Shown piece after piece: positions 24,301-39,300 of a stretch of DNA of 64,000 nucleotides (position 1 is the first letter of the stretch; each line of letters starts with the position of its first letter). A model generated the notes under the pieces. That model was not told the origin of the DNA, ran no database searches, and worked only from the letters and a program-made list of their open reading frames with translations. The stretch lies in NCBI GenBank assembly GCA_002633005.1, contig NMRA01000434.1, positions 27,874 through 91,873 of the forward strand. Reading direction: 5' to 3'. The position numbers and the translations under genes were made by a program. Origin of the DNA: Phoronis australis. Lineage: Eukaryota; Animalia; Phoronida.

Positions 24301-27300
24301 TAAGCTTTGGTAAGTTTTCGGGGATTTCTGTAAGGCCTTTTCCAGAACAGTCGACGCGGTTGTCCTGACATGTACACTGAGACGGGCACATGGATATGGC
24401 ATCACACATGTGGGCGTTCATTGTGCGGTACTCTTCACCACCTGGAGATTAGAAACAAACCACACACATGCAAGCTGTGACCCTGAAGTCCACAGATCAT
24501 GTGATCAATGAAATCAAGAAACAAAAGCACACTGCACATTTTAAAAAATTCAACACACGTAATGTGACATCAGTTCTTAACACAAATACTTGCTTTGGTT
24601 CGATTTACTAATTTTTTAGTAATTGCGAAATTTGTCAGTGACCAAATTTTCATTCCGTGTCTCAGAACAAAAAATTCTAATTACGGTAATAAAGTTAACA
24701 TTTCTAGGCGTCTTTGTCAAAAAGTTGACGAAAAAATTGTCTTGTCTGCCATATTGTGTACTTTGATATCAGAGAGGAATAACTGCACTTTCATTCTCAA
24801 TTTTCTAATTATGTTATTTGACATGCCGAAATGTGAACATAATGTCCCACTAAATACAAATCAAGTGATTCAATCCATGCCTTACTTTCCATTCAAGGAG
24901 CAAATTTAAAAAAGATTTCAATTAATATTAAGTCAGAACAAGATGTCTCTAGAGCATATAGTCACTAGAAGTAGAAGTAGGAAGTTATTCCATTCGCTGA
25001 GAAGATAACCAAGAGCCACAATGGGACAGTATCAGTTCCACTCATGAACAGCGGAGGAGGTCATGTCTGAAAGTCACCTTTGACCTTTGACCCTTCTCTA
25101 CTGTTCCATGATTGGTGACTATTGAAGGTCATGGCTATTTGGGTAAGAACAGAGTCTAACAAGACACAGTCGTGGTAGAAGTATCCAGCAGTCATATGCA
25201 CATAATGCCGCGAACAGATTCGGGCTACTAGAAAAACTTCTTGACAGTATACTTTTCTTCAGATTCACAAGAATAAAAACAAATTCCAGGTCATGTGCAG
25301 TCCGTTACACATGAAAAAGGGCAAGGGCATGGTTTGCGAAAGTTTAGTTGACAACCAAGTAAAGATTCCTAAAACAGCTACAGTTAACATACTGAACCAA
25401 GACACCAAGACCAAACTACACCAAATCAGCGTAAAAACAAGTCAAAATCAAATCTAGACATTCAATACAGACAAACAGAATTACTACAGAAACGAGATTC
25501 ACAGCCAGATATACATTAAATACATTTACTAACTAAAGAAGAAAAAGAACAGTTTCGTTTTGCATGCTGAACAAGTCATCCTCAGGCCAATAACCAGAAT
25601 GTTTGACCAAGCCAATGCAAAAACGAACAAGTGACTTCAGGCAAAAGCTTTACGAAACAACACTATAAAAGATTTGAAAATCAGTGCTTTTCATCTTGTG
25701 GCGAAACCATTACTGCAGTAAAAATTCATGCACCTGTAACAGAGGTCCAGTGATTGCAACCAAGACACTTCATATACAGCGCGACCTTTATCAAAGCATG
25801 CTGCAGACATTGCTTTGGCATAGGAGTAACAGTGATTACAAGCACATACATCATCAGCCTCAACTTGGATGCACAACTAGTTAGTGGCAACACACAAGGC
25901 GTAAAGGTCAGTCAGACAAATATGCACAAATAGCACCTTAACAAAAACAAAAGCAAAAATAACCAAACCAACAAAATATAACATCGAAATATCAAGCTAA
26001 ACAATAGAACAATGCTGCAGAAAAACAAACAAATAAACAAAATGTCAGTTCTAAAATGAAAAGACAAAAATGTAACTGCCGTACGTCAGCACAACTATCT
26101 TTCGCCAAGTGCTAGTAATTTACACATCTGTTTAAACATTACGGCATAAGCTAGTGATTCCTCGCTCACCAACCACAGACCACCACCATGTTAGACACTG
26201 TTCTACATCCCGTTAGATAGCCCACAACAATCCTCCATGTGCCACCAAGCATGCTGGGAACTGATACTTACGCTTACATTGGAACTTCACCGAAGCGAAG
26301 TAACCAATCTTCTTCCTCTGCATACGTTTGGGCATCACACAGCGGGCACCACTTGTCTCAATGGGGTGAGCATGTAGGAACTCGGACAACCAACGCAGAT
26401 TGCAGTCACAGATGAAAGGATTACCAGCCAAATGCCTGACAGAGATATGGAAAGAAAATCGTATCAAACCATTATTCCATATTTGTTATTAATATGTTTG
26501 CTTAAGAAAGACTTTGAAAAAAGAAAAAAAAAGTTAAATCACAGAAAATATGAATACAGCATTTCAATTAAATCCCAATGCTTGGATAATTAGAGCTTGT
26601 AATTTCAGCTGTAAGAAAAAGCTGTAAGACTACTCAATAATTGCTCATAAAAACCACTACCACTAAACTCAGTGAATGTCTTATATTAATTACGACGCTT
26701 TCTCACGCTTACGTGCTCATTTGCACATCTCTACAAATCAACAAACTACGCGCAATGCGACTCCATGAAAGTTATACAGTATTCTAACTGGTACCATATT
26801 TTCAACAAATATCATCTCCAACCCATACTCACATTGTCTGGATACTTTTAAGTGGTGAAAATGTTCCATTGGCAATGGATGGGATTTTGTTGTCATAAAG
26901 AGATCTGTGGAGTCAAATAAATGTCAATGTGATCATTAGGACTAACAAATACCTCTACCTTGAAGAAAATGAAAGATGTCGAATCTCAGACACCCAAAAT
27001 CAAAACTTTCTCAAACAGCCCATGAAAAACAGAACCATAACAAAGTAAAAGTACAAATGACCTGCTTACAGCATTCAAACATCTCAATATTACGTTGAAA
27101 GTTAATTTAAAACAGTATTTCTGATAAGTCACTTTATTAAATAAATTATTTAAACTGACCTCACTATTTGACCACCATTGTTTTACAAAGCCCAAACCTT
27201 TTGGTTAAACATCACAATCAGTATTTCGGCTTGTACTTACAGAAGATTTAAATTTTGTAGGCCTTCAAATGTGTCCTTGCGAATACAAGAAATCTTGTTG

Positions 27301-30300
27301 GCATTTAACAACCTACAATAAAAATTTGCACAGCAAGTCAACAAAGGCAGAGACCCCCCCCACAAACTTTACATTTACAAGATCAACAAACAGGAGCTCG
27401 CTTTGTCTGCTCACAAAGGTTATTCATAGTCACATTAGGTTTCAGCAGATGTAGATCAACAAAAGAACAAAAGAATAGATATAATAACTCTTCACTTACA
27501 TAGTGCACAATGTGCCTGAAAAGTGAAATTCTATTTTGTTAAATTTCTGCACAAAATCGAAGATTAAGAAAAATTTAGTCTATTACAAGCATGATTTGTA
27601 CTGCGTGGATGTCATAAAACAATTTATTATAAGTTTTGGATTATTTGCAGTAAAGTAATCAGTCTCCAAAATTGGAAAACATCTTAACTTTGGAAATTAA
27701 TTTTGTGCAAAATAAGTGAAGAATTACCATATGTACTTCCAAGACATATTTTAACAACTACATTAAAGTAAACGAGGCATTATGACCTACAACAGGACCA
27801 AGACAGTAAGAAGGACATTATTGAATAAAATGTAATCAGAAACTAGGTTGTCATCAAGAAGACATTAAATATAAACAGCTAATCTCACAGTACAGAAAAA
27901 TATCTTACAAGCTGTTCTTATTGTCTTTACAGCAAAAGAAACCTTTAAAATGTGTCAGCGAGAAGTTTGGAAATCCTATTTTTGAAACCAAGTTGTCCTT
28001 TTCAGTTGATGCAAATTGACAGTATGTAATGAACATCTCTTTCAACAAGTGCACCTTAACGTAAGGTAAACTCTATTATTTAACGTGTACCGTGTAAAAG
28101 TTACAGTCACTAAGATTAAGATCAAATAATGATTGTTTACCTCATTTCATGCATAACTATTAAATCAACACAAATAAGGTAAAATGTTCAGCACAGACAT
28201 TCTGATAAATATATTTGTACTAAAGTGATGGCAGATTACCAGACATTCAATGTTCTACGGAGTTGATACCTACAGCAGCTGCAGCGAAGACAGATCTCTG
28301 AAGATTCCTCTTGGGAGAGATGAGATTCTGTTCTCATAAACCACCCTACAAGAAGACAATACTACAACTGTCAGTAAACAACAATCAACATTTGAGGTGA
28401 CATATTAACTACATAATTAATAGAGATTGTAAACATATTTAAAGGGTGCTCAGTTTGCAAGGTGACTGTTCTCATAGAGACAGCACAGCAAGTGGAGACA
28501 TTCCAATTAATTAAGACTATTGTCACAGCAACATACCTTGAGTAATTCGTGTTCAGGATTTTGTAAATGAGGGTTATGTTAAAGAATAAACTTAATATAA
28601 TAATTCTTCAACTGTAAGTAAACACAATATGGCGGACATAGTGGAAGTTTTTGCAGTAAAAACAAACATTAAACAAAATTTGCTCTTTTATTACAGTAGC
28701 ATGGCTCGTACCGTTATAACACAATGTTTGGTAAAATATGATTATTTGTGGCAATGTAGGCCTTTAAAATAGAAAAAAATGTTCTCCATTATTTTTTACA
28801 TAATATTTGATGAAAAATCATACTTAAAGATGAAATAGTACACAAAGAAGAAACGAGGTTTGGGGAAACTGACATAAAGATGAATTGTACTAACAGTTAG
28901 TCGTCCAATGATAGTTGACAAACTGCAAATACACAAGACTTATTGGAATATTATTACTTTGCAGGATTATGCATTTTTTGTAGTATTTCCATTAGTTTTT
29001 AATATGTATCTTGTAGCGACATTTATTTCAACAGAAACTATGCAGTACTTACAGAGATAAAAGTGACTTGAGCCCAACGAATGAGTCAGAATGCAGTTCT
29101 CTGATGTTGTTGTTACTCAGGTCCCTGAAACACCAAGTTGTTCATAACTTATTGATTGACACAGTAATGTATAAAGATGTTGCCAATAACCTGAAATTGA
29201 GTTATTTATATCAGTACTACATGTCTTACTGCAACAAATGTGTAAAGGCATATAGATGAACTTTTAAAAGCACCAAAATGGTCTATTTTCAGAATTATCT
29301 TTGAAACATCAGCAGAATAAACTGCAATATGATATTCAACAATTCACCAACGTTGGTAAAAACTAACAGAATCAAATATCAAACAGCATTAAAGGTGGAC
29401 ACGGACCCCGACTTGTAGTCTGATTCACTTAATCATAAAATTAAAGGTGACAAGTTCAATTATCCAATCCACCAATGTGAAATTTGATGACTTGTTTGAT
29501 GTTGGTGTTTTGCCACTGTGGTACAAAATATAGACCAGTGATAGCCTGGGGGGCAGGATACATCAGGTAAGGCACTGACAGTAGGCAGAGTACAGGATAT
29601 GGGGATAATGTATGGTGAAAGAGGAAACATAGTACAAGTCACCAGAGACAATTTGTAATCTAGACTACGAATTGAATGGATGGACTTGTTGTTACCCACA
29701 CAATACAATATTGTGTAGCGTGAAATTAACTTTGTTCATCGACACTGTACCGTATCAAATGCAGTCAACCATGCATCAGTTATTCTCTGTTTCAGATGAC
29801 ATGATATTATTATGATGGTGGGATCTGGCTTACAGTGAACAATCAGAATCAATTTGTTGCGGTAGAGTGGTGAACAAAAGTTGGCTCGACTAGCTCAGAG
29901 AGTCACTGACTTTGATCTTGATCGTAGTTGATGGCCACAGACCACACTGAGACTGAGAAGAAGAACCTCGGGCACAGCACACTTTATTAACCCTGTTTTA
30001 TTTCCAGTTGGCAATATAATACAGGTGACAGAATCCCACAGCTCCATTACACTCGCTAAGCAGAGTATTTGAGTGAATTGCGGTTTGAAAAATCTGGGAT
30101 GAGTACATACAGTATGTGATTAGGGTACTGATTTAATTTAATTTTATTTTATTTTACCCAATATTATAGTTAGAGCAACTACTGTCATTTTTGATGTTTT
30201 AATTAAAATGTTAATTCAGTTGTTAATAACAATTTAATGAAAACACTGGTTTGGCAATGAGGAGAAACATCATAAATTAATTCAGAGAAATTGATTTTTT

Positions 30301-33300
30301 GGCAAAAGACAATATTTAAGTTTCAGTCAGCTTCAACCCAGCATGACAGTAAATATCCAAAGAGCCTGAAGCAGAAATACCCACTATCTAGTGATTGGAC
30401 ATATTTATTTTCAGCTTAACAATATTTCTTTCTGATTGGCACTAATTGAGACTAGGGGGCAAAAAACAGCTGCATCAACCATTAAACATGCTTCCCTACT
30501 GAAAAAACGGCAATCTCTCATTCAATGTCCTGTAGGTATCTTTAATATTCTGATTTCAAAGTAAAGCAAATACAAAAGCTCCTTTGTAAATGAAAAACTA
30601 ATTCTAATGCAAGTCTAGGAGAAAAACGTAATATTGTCAATTTCCTTGGATTTGGTGTGACCTAACTCTTTTGGACTATAAGTGCATAAGGAACATATAC
30701 TAACTATATGAAGACCACACACAACACTATATCATCAATAATGTTATCTTGCAACCAATACTCACATTCTTTGCAGCTTTTTTACATGTAGGAAGGCATT
30801 AGCAGGTATCACCGTAATCTTATTGTGTTCAAGACGCCTGAAAACAAATGAGGTTTACGTTTCAATTTCAGTCCACACAAAAACATTACATTTCAATCCA
30901 TTTATACTATACCATTCAGCTGCATTACTGTTTCTTTTATGGTTCCTAATTGTGTATGGGATAAGCATTTAATTCATGGGATCTAGGAATGCAGTGTAAT
31001 AACCATGCAGCTATACAAAGGGACAAGTACTGTCCAGAGAGAGAGAGCAAATCAATATGATTCACGGGGCCACACACATGGATAGGGTCATAGTGTGACA
31101 GTAACCAAATGTGAGGTGCTTTTAGAATTACCATCACCAAATTGTAAGAGTAACATACACGAACCACAAGGCCCCTGACGTAACAGTTACTGAACCAAAA
31201 ATATAGGAAATTCACTACCACACAATTTGGCTTTTCTGCAACAAGAGCATATGCTGGAAATAGGCCTATCACAAAAACTTCAACACCTTTGAGATTCCAA
31301 AACTTTCTCAGCTTTTTGTTTCAACCAACAACAAATGGTCTCTTAGATTTGCAATATATGTACCATAAGCGGAAAGGACTAACAATCTAAAAAATTTACA
31401 GGAACTTTGTTTCTTAAACAAAGGACTTAGGGAGTGCACTTTGAAGAATGGGTGGTTAGATAAATTCTAGTAAAAAAGCAAACACTGCGGTAGGAATCAA
31501 ACACTGGGTATGGTCATTTGAAAAATGAGTGCACAAATGTTGCCAAATGTTGGCAATACCACCCAGCTTCAGGGGTGTTTACTGCAAAATTAAGCAATGA
31601 AGGCACATTACATCAGTAAAGGAAACATTAGTCTGTCAACAGTCAATAAACTGACTGGAGAAATTGGTAATAGATAATGGCTTATGAGTCAACACAACCC
31701 TGAGGCAAGGCAGTACACTGCCTTGGATATGGCAATCATGAAAGGATACATAAGTTGCACATTGCACAACACAGTCTGGGACTCTGTTGAGGTAAAGGCC
31801 AATGTCTCTAGTTTCTGAAATCTATGAGTTTCACATCAACAAAACCCATTTTATGTTTATGTTTATAGACCATGAGGACAGTTTCTCAAAAAATAATCTT
31901 CAAAGGAAAAGATTACTTACATCATTTCGTGAAACTGAAAATTTCATCACCAATTTTGCCATGAAATCATATTGTCATGTCTCTTCAGTTGCATTCATGA
32001 AATAAATGACTTGATACTGTAATTTTTGAAATATTGGGAAACCTTTTCTGAAAAAAGATTGTTGATTATGGTAATCTCAACCCAAAGAGTGAAACATATG
32101 CCTAAAGTAGTGTTATATTCCCTAAGTGACCAACAGTTTTGTTCATCACAACACTGAAGCCCTAACCCAAAGAGGACTGGGTACATATCTCTCAGTAATG
32201 ATAGGCCAACCCCCCCCCCTCAACAAAACATATGTCTCACAGTTGTGCAGTAATGGCATGTTGAATGTTGCCAAAAACTGGCCAAAAGAAGCAGCCAAAC
32301 TAGCATGTGCTTATAGAACTTTGTTTCCATGACAATGTTTATAAAGGAGATTGATGGAATGTCCAACAATTCAAGGGCAAATAAACAGACTGGACTTTTA
32401 CTACAGTGTCGACAGACCAAATGGGCCAATTGTTTTATGGGATGTTTATACCTGTTTGATGCACAGTGACACCTCTTAGACAACATCAGACAGGATGGTA
32501 AATATAAGACAGTAAACACCAAGTGTGTGTGGGTCACCAGTAATCAGCTACTACTTGTTCATGATTTAGTGGCCAAAAGACAAAAAAATCCTTGACCACA
32601 TGGTAACAATTGAGGGAATGGAAACTGAAGAAATACCAGTGTCAGCTGCTATGTACAGGAGGCAAGTTCTAACCTTCAAGGATATGTGTTTCCTGGGGCC
32701 CCCCTAAATTCGTCTATGCAGTCATGGTGATGGTCACTTACAGTGTTCCCGCATTTAGAAAACAATTTTTCTCCGTTTTATAACGTGCATCAAACAGGTT
32801 CTCAAAATGCAGGACCCGCGTAAGTAACCATTGCTCCAGTCATTCTTGATGACCAGGGAGACTTACAGCTCTTTCGTTGTCTCTGGGATGTTGGCGGGTA
32901 TCTCCAGAAGTCCCTTGTTGCGACAGTCCACTATCTCCTTAGTACACTTGCACTGGCTGGGACACGTGGCTGTCTTCTCACACTGGCTAGGTGGACGGTG
33001 TGACTGGTCGTCTACATGATACAAATAAGGCAGTTTCACTTAGTTGTGAAGGAAACAGGGCATGTCAGAGAAGTATCCACACTTTTAACCAGCAACCATA
33101 TTGATGAATAAAATATCAGAATAAAATGAGAAAAAATAAGGATACCAAAAATTTGTTGTCTTTAATCAGCAACTGCACTAATGTCACTCCTTTATGGTAC
33201 AAGCAGTTTAGAGAGATCACTCTGAACTAATTAGATATTTACATATTAATTATTCATTTACATAATTTGCCTTTCGAGTTTGTCAGTGCTGCTAGTTTTT

Positions 33301-36300
33301 CTGAACAAGAGTAAGCAAAATATAATTCCTTCTCAGTCACATCACTGACAGGCATGGCATTCTCATGAGAAAATAACATTGTGGGCCTTTTGACCTTTTC
33401 ACAAGACAAAAAAGGCATATTCAGTAAGGATTTTAATTCTTAACTGTTATGAGAAATCATCTCACTGAATTGTACTTAACCTGAAATGCCAAGTCTCGCT
33501 GAAGTGGTACTTGTGTTAAGGGTGAACCATCAAGAATCTAGCAGCTATTTCAGTCAGCAGTCGTAAGAGACTACCATTTCTTGTCTATACTTACACGTGC
33601 ACTCGAAACTTTTTTCGTGCAATTCCGCCACGGCCACATTTCTGAGGTTAGCTGGTGAGTGACATCTGGTGAACAGTGCCAGAGTTCTGTGCATTTTCAT
33701 CCACTTGGAGAGCCAGGAGAGATGACAGTCACAGACCAAGTTATTCTCAGCTAGTCGCCTAGGGTTGAGAGAAATATAACAACAGTCTGTCATAAATTGA
33801 AGAATAGCGAACAGTTGTGATTATAATGCAAACTCCTGAATTGATGTCAGTCTTTCCAATTTTGAGCCCCGAAACTTGACAGAAGGAGATTTTTGCCTCT
33901 TTTAATTTTTACAGAAGAGTATTTTTCCGTACAAAGGCACTGTCATAATTTAATCATTAATTTACGTGTAAATTTCAAAATGACCAAATATCCATGAAGA
34001 GAAAATCATACTTTCAGGGAAATATTTCCAATTGAAATTGTATGTCAATATTTCTCAAAACAGAAAAAATTCAGAGGTAAAAAAGCAGGCTAATTAGCCT
34101 GGGTATACATTCAACTGTTCAACACTATTGATAATTGCTCAAGACACTTACAGTACTCTGAGTTCACCCATATTAGCGAAGATATCACTGGCCAGTGTTG
34201 TAATATTATTCCTGTTCAAGGTTCTGCAACAACAAGATACAGACAACTATAAACACAGACATAGCTGGGTATACACACAAGACCTTATTAAGGGTAAACA
34301 AATCATAAAGTGCTAAATAAATGTAGAGGGAGTGGTAAATAACTAGACTTCCACAGGTAGTCAGATGGTTAAACTTGCACAGGCTGGTAGTCCAACAGAA
34401 GGAGGGTTGGAAGGGTAAGCCCATAGAAGAGGTATACGGATGACCATTTCATGACCTACAGATAGGGGCCTTTTGTAATGTAATTTACTACAACAGGGTT
34501 AACTATGGGAATTCGTAACAGCTACAAAAATTCCACAAAATGGTTTTCAGTATTATGGATATTTCAAAAGTTCCATTGCAAAAGTTGTAAAGTAATTCTT
34601 CGCTAACTAAGCATACAATATGGCCGACAAGAGAATTTTTATTTTGTTACATTTCTCAACAAAAGTAAAGATTAAGGACGTTTTGGCCTATTGCAAGCAT
34701 CATATACAGGATGTGCATGTCATAAAATACAATTCGTTGAAATTACGATTATTTTCAAAAAGATCATTATCCTTCGAAAAATGGAAAAATTACCATACAA
34801 TTATTTTTGTGCAAAACAAGTGAATTACCTTTTTCTACAACATAGAATCTCTTGTGCTGTTCAAGGCTTAATGGCTTTAGGGTCAGGCTTATGGAATTAA
34901 TCTCTACAACAGTGATGTTTCTGATATAAAACAAAAGAGTGACTTTTTCTTGAAAGCTCTCCACAAATGGGTCCAATTTTGGGTAGGTATCTTAATTTTC
35001 ACTACTGCAAAATATAGTTGAGTAACTCCAGGAGAGAGGTGGGTCCCGCCACTTTTGGGGATGAGTGAAGTTCCACCAGCCAGTTTGTCATCTTTGGTTT
35101 ACCAATAAATTTGGTAGTGCAGTCATTGTAAAATCCAGCAATGATATGGAGTCTTTTTCAGGCCGAAGTACATGACTCTACATGTAAGTTTAACATGGGT
35201 ACAAATTTGATCAAACCAGTAAACTGTGTTGGTAGTACCTTTTTCCAAAATCTTTGTATTGATTAGATTCCATTTTGAATTGTTTAGCTTTTGGAAGCAC
35301 ATCCTAGCCCATTCCAGGCTCAACTATTCAGAACACATAGGGGATAATAAAACTGTTATCTTCTCAGCCAGGACCGTGACCCTTTAGTCCCGTTTAGACA
35401 TCAATTTTTGCCCCGGCACAGCTGACATGGAGCAAATTGACCCGTGTCAAGCGGCCGTTTATACACACAACTCACTAACCGTGGCAACACGGAAATTAAA
35501 GGCTGGAGAGACTGGATCAAACATGAGCAGGTTTACAAATGACGAGAGTTGTAGAGACAAAGAACCTGTACGTAAGTCCTTACACAAGTGCAGTAGAGAT
35601 GATCTATTCCGCTTTGCTCCAGTTTCACGTTTAGACTTATAATTGACATGGCGCAAGATTTTCGGGCGCAAATTGCTCTACCTCACAAATGGGTGGCAAA
35701 ATTTGTCACCGCGGTGTCAATTTGCTCCGTGTCGGTCCGTTTACACACTGGAACAATTTGTTCCATGTCAGCTGATCCATGTTAACTTCATAAGTGTAAA
35801 CGGCACTTTTGTTAAGCAGTGTTTAGTTACACAAACCAGTTGGGAGAGTATGGGTTAAGAGCAGTGTTAAGAATTGCTTTCATTGATCTTGCCCGTCAAT
35901 TTCAAAAAGCCTATTGCATGTGAACAACACCCACATGATTTACAACCATCCAGGTCTGCAAAATTCTGAGCCACTATGCGGACTAGTGACGGGTCTCCAG
36001 CCCAGAATGCATGACATATGAGAGAACAACCCCTACCGCACATCACAAGCAACAAAATAAGTAGGCAGAGTGTAAATATCAATAGTTCAAACCTTATTGA
36101 ACAGATGATTGATGGAAGCACAACAGAAAGATGTTATGTATGGTTATGGCAATGATCAACAGATGACTCTAGTTTGCCATTGCATTGTAAGTACGAATCA
36201 AGATGGCAGAATATAGCACGATTAATACATTACATGGTGTAGGGAGTGAAAAGAGACGTGTTTGCAACATTGCTAAAATCAACTCTAATCTCCCAGCATT

Positions 36301-39300
36301 ACAGAAATTACCAGTCTTCAAGCAAAGTACAAGTATTTGTAGTGAGGTAAAACCTAACCAATTTAGGACAAAATATGGCAGACAAGTGGAATTTTATTTC
36401 TTTAACATTTATATAAGGATGAGTTTCATTAAATAAATGCTTTTTGTTATTTCAAGTTCTCAACCAATCCTACTAAAAGACACTATTTTGAAAAGTTGTG
36501 GTAATTATTTTTGTCCGAAAATGGTGAGATTTTACCATAATAAACTGTGTCCAGATAATTCACTCACAAGATTTTCATGTTTGACATGTCTTTGAGGGCA
36601 TCGGCAGATAAACAGTTGATCTCATTATTGTGAAGTTGGCTGAAAGTAAAAGAAGACATCAAAAACACCCTAAAACCAGTTAAAGAATTTTAATGCAATA
36701 TCAAATTGGCCATGCACATTCATACAGGTTAAATGACCACAATCGGTTACACGCCCTCTCCCAATTAACATATATAGGCAAGTTCGAACATGGCAATGAA
36801 CACTCATCTGTAGAGAAATTTAGTTCACTAAACGCATACCATTGCTTACCTATCAGTAAGCCACTGTTTCCTCTGACTCCTTCCACCCGAAGCGACTGAC
36901 TTAATAAAGCATTAGCTCTCCTGCATATAACTTAATTGTTCGCCTAAACACCACCCCCGCTTTTCAAAACTTTTTGTTTGAACCAACCAACCCTTGAATT
37001 TGCCGGTTTGAGCAGAAAATGCCACAGCAGTAACCCACACAAATACTACATTACAAATTTTCCAGTTTGGACCAGTAGAAAAGTAAATGTGTCATTCAAG
37101 GTCACATAGTTTGTACCAAATTTGAGAAATTTTCAATTTAGGACATTCCAAATTCAAGGGCACTAGCAACAGTTTTCTACAGATAATATAAATGATCAGC
37201 GTTTCTTTTTATGACTCTATAGATTAATTTTCAGATCTTGCTATGCAAAAACACACACTGGTCCACAATTTGAGAGGTATGATACATGCAAAAATCGCCC
37301 ATGTCCCATATTTCAGAGTCCGGAAATTCAATTTCAGCTTGGATTTCGGTACCCAGTTTTGGCCGGAGACTGTCACAAACTGGAGAATTGTTACCATATA
37401 CTTTTAACACCAAGAACGTTTTTACATTAAATCATATGTTGATGAACCCTGCTCTACACCTCAGGCAAGACATGATTAGTAACTCACAGGTGATGTAACC
37501 CACTCAGTCCATCCAGGCTCTTCTTACTAATTGACTTCAGTCGGTTGTCACTGAGGTCTCTGGAAAAAATATACAAATTCACATTAACGACTTTACTGGA
37601 AGATAGTGTTAAACTGGTTGAATGTTCTGGTTTCTTTGAAAACTCACTCCTCCCCCCATGAAATGCATAATCACAAGCGCTGATCCAGATTAACAGAGCC
37701 TCTACTGCTCAGTAATTTTCACATCGCCACAACAGGGGGAACCACCAGTATTTATATATTCATCCCATGTCAGACAACAGCCTGGTCAAGATCCAGGATG
37801 AGTGTGCACTTGAAACCCAAATATTGATAACTCCACCAATATTAATAACTGGTGAGTGAGATCAGGCATCTTTCAACATTTTTAAATTATGAAAGTGTGT
37901 AAATAGTTCAAAGGAGACACTATTGGCACAGTTCCCCGTGTGACAAAGGGTGTATATTACGTGACAGCTGTCAGAAAGTCCTTAAAGGTGCATTTCACCC
38001 TGTTTAGCTGGCAAAAAATGAAAATACAGTCTGCCATAATGTGACAACATTCTATTCCCGTTATCTACAAGAATATTGACACAATTAGCAATTCAGGAAA
38101 ACACTTCAGAGTTTATTGGGGTTAACTATCCCTAAAATTGCGACTTACGCATTACCTGTGACTTGAGATGGTAACAGAAATGGAATCTTGCCACCGAAAG
38201 GAATATTGTGAGACCAATTTCGTGAGAGTAAAGGACCTAACTTGATTTTTGTTTTCAGCTAGGTGCACAAGACGAAATGCAGCTTCAATGAACATTCCAA
38301 AATGTGACACTGAGTTCATTCAAATTAGCAAACATTAACACCACAAGACAAACTATATTTGATTTAACTAAATTGCTTCAAAACCCAATGGCTGTGTTTA
38401 TTATCGAGAATTTACAAAAAAAATGACTGAGAGATATAGGCAGCTATACATAACCTGGCAAAACACTTGAACTTACAGTGACAATTAGCTCGTGCACACA
38501 AGGAAACCTCAGAAAATATTAACTCAGTGACTTGTAGGCATGTCAAATATTGTCATTATGTAAGCTGAGCCAGTCAGTCATACAGATTTCTGCTTTTTGC
38601 ATTATCCTCGTCAGAATACTTCTGTGGTCCCCGCCATGTTGTAAAGCCATCATCTCAGATGAGACCTTGCAATTAGGGGCCAATTACATGTCCCAGAGAG
38701 GCAGGAGACTCTACTGGGAGATGGGACAGAACCATTAATAAAGCATCAACACATTCTATGCAGTCGTAAACCTTTTACAGAGTTTGGTCAGTGAAAGCTA
38801 TAAAGTCCTTTTGGGTAGTAGTATTATTTGCTTCATTTGAAGTACTTCTTGCTGTTTCTCAATCCTTCAGACAAAATTCCAAAGGAAATACATATCCACC
38901 ATGACCTTGCTTATAGGAATACAGCTTGTGCCCTACTTGGCAAGATACTTGTGCATACTTCGGGGTTTGACTGTGTCTCTGCTTGCAAACTGTATGAGAA
39001 AGGAATTTTTCGACTGCAAGATTTCTAAAACGGTAATAAGTGAGCCTTCTGTAAAAAATTTAGATTCCTGACACTTATGAATGCTATAACCGCCCTCGTT
39101 CTATACTCAGATTGGAGGCAATTCCAGGGTTTGAGATGAACTGACAGTTGGTTATTGCTTGAAGTCCGTCTCGAAGAGTTTTCTTGTCACGTCACATCAT
39201 TTTATGCACCAAGTATGGTCTCAAACACTACTGAAATATTAGTTCTTTCACAACCAAGAAATCAATCATCATCTAAGTAAGGAAGAATTTGAAACCATTT

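Noticed and set aside
25990-26050. Hydrophobic peptide [19 protein letters not shown] suggesting a membrane-anchored short Slit
   Set aside because: T-rich DNA yields such peptides by chance and there is no independent support; retained only as part of a low-score finding.
24442-26271. Intronic microRNA analogous to vertebrate miR-218 in SLIT2/3
   Set aside because: I did not see the miR-218 mature sequence or a convincing hairpin; RNA folding and small-RNA data would be needed.
38477-38548. Donor-like gtaagt in the large intron, considered as an extra 72-bp LRR exon
   Set aside because: No acceptor 72 nt upstream and no LRR consensus in translation; the D1 LRR set is already complete.
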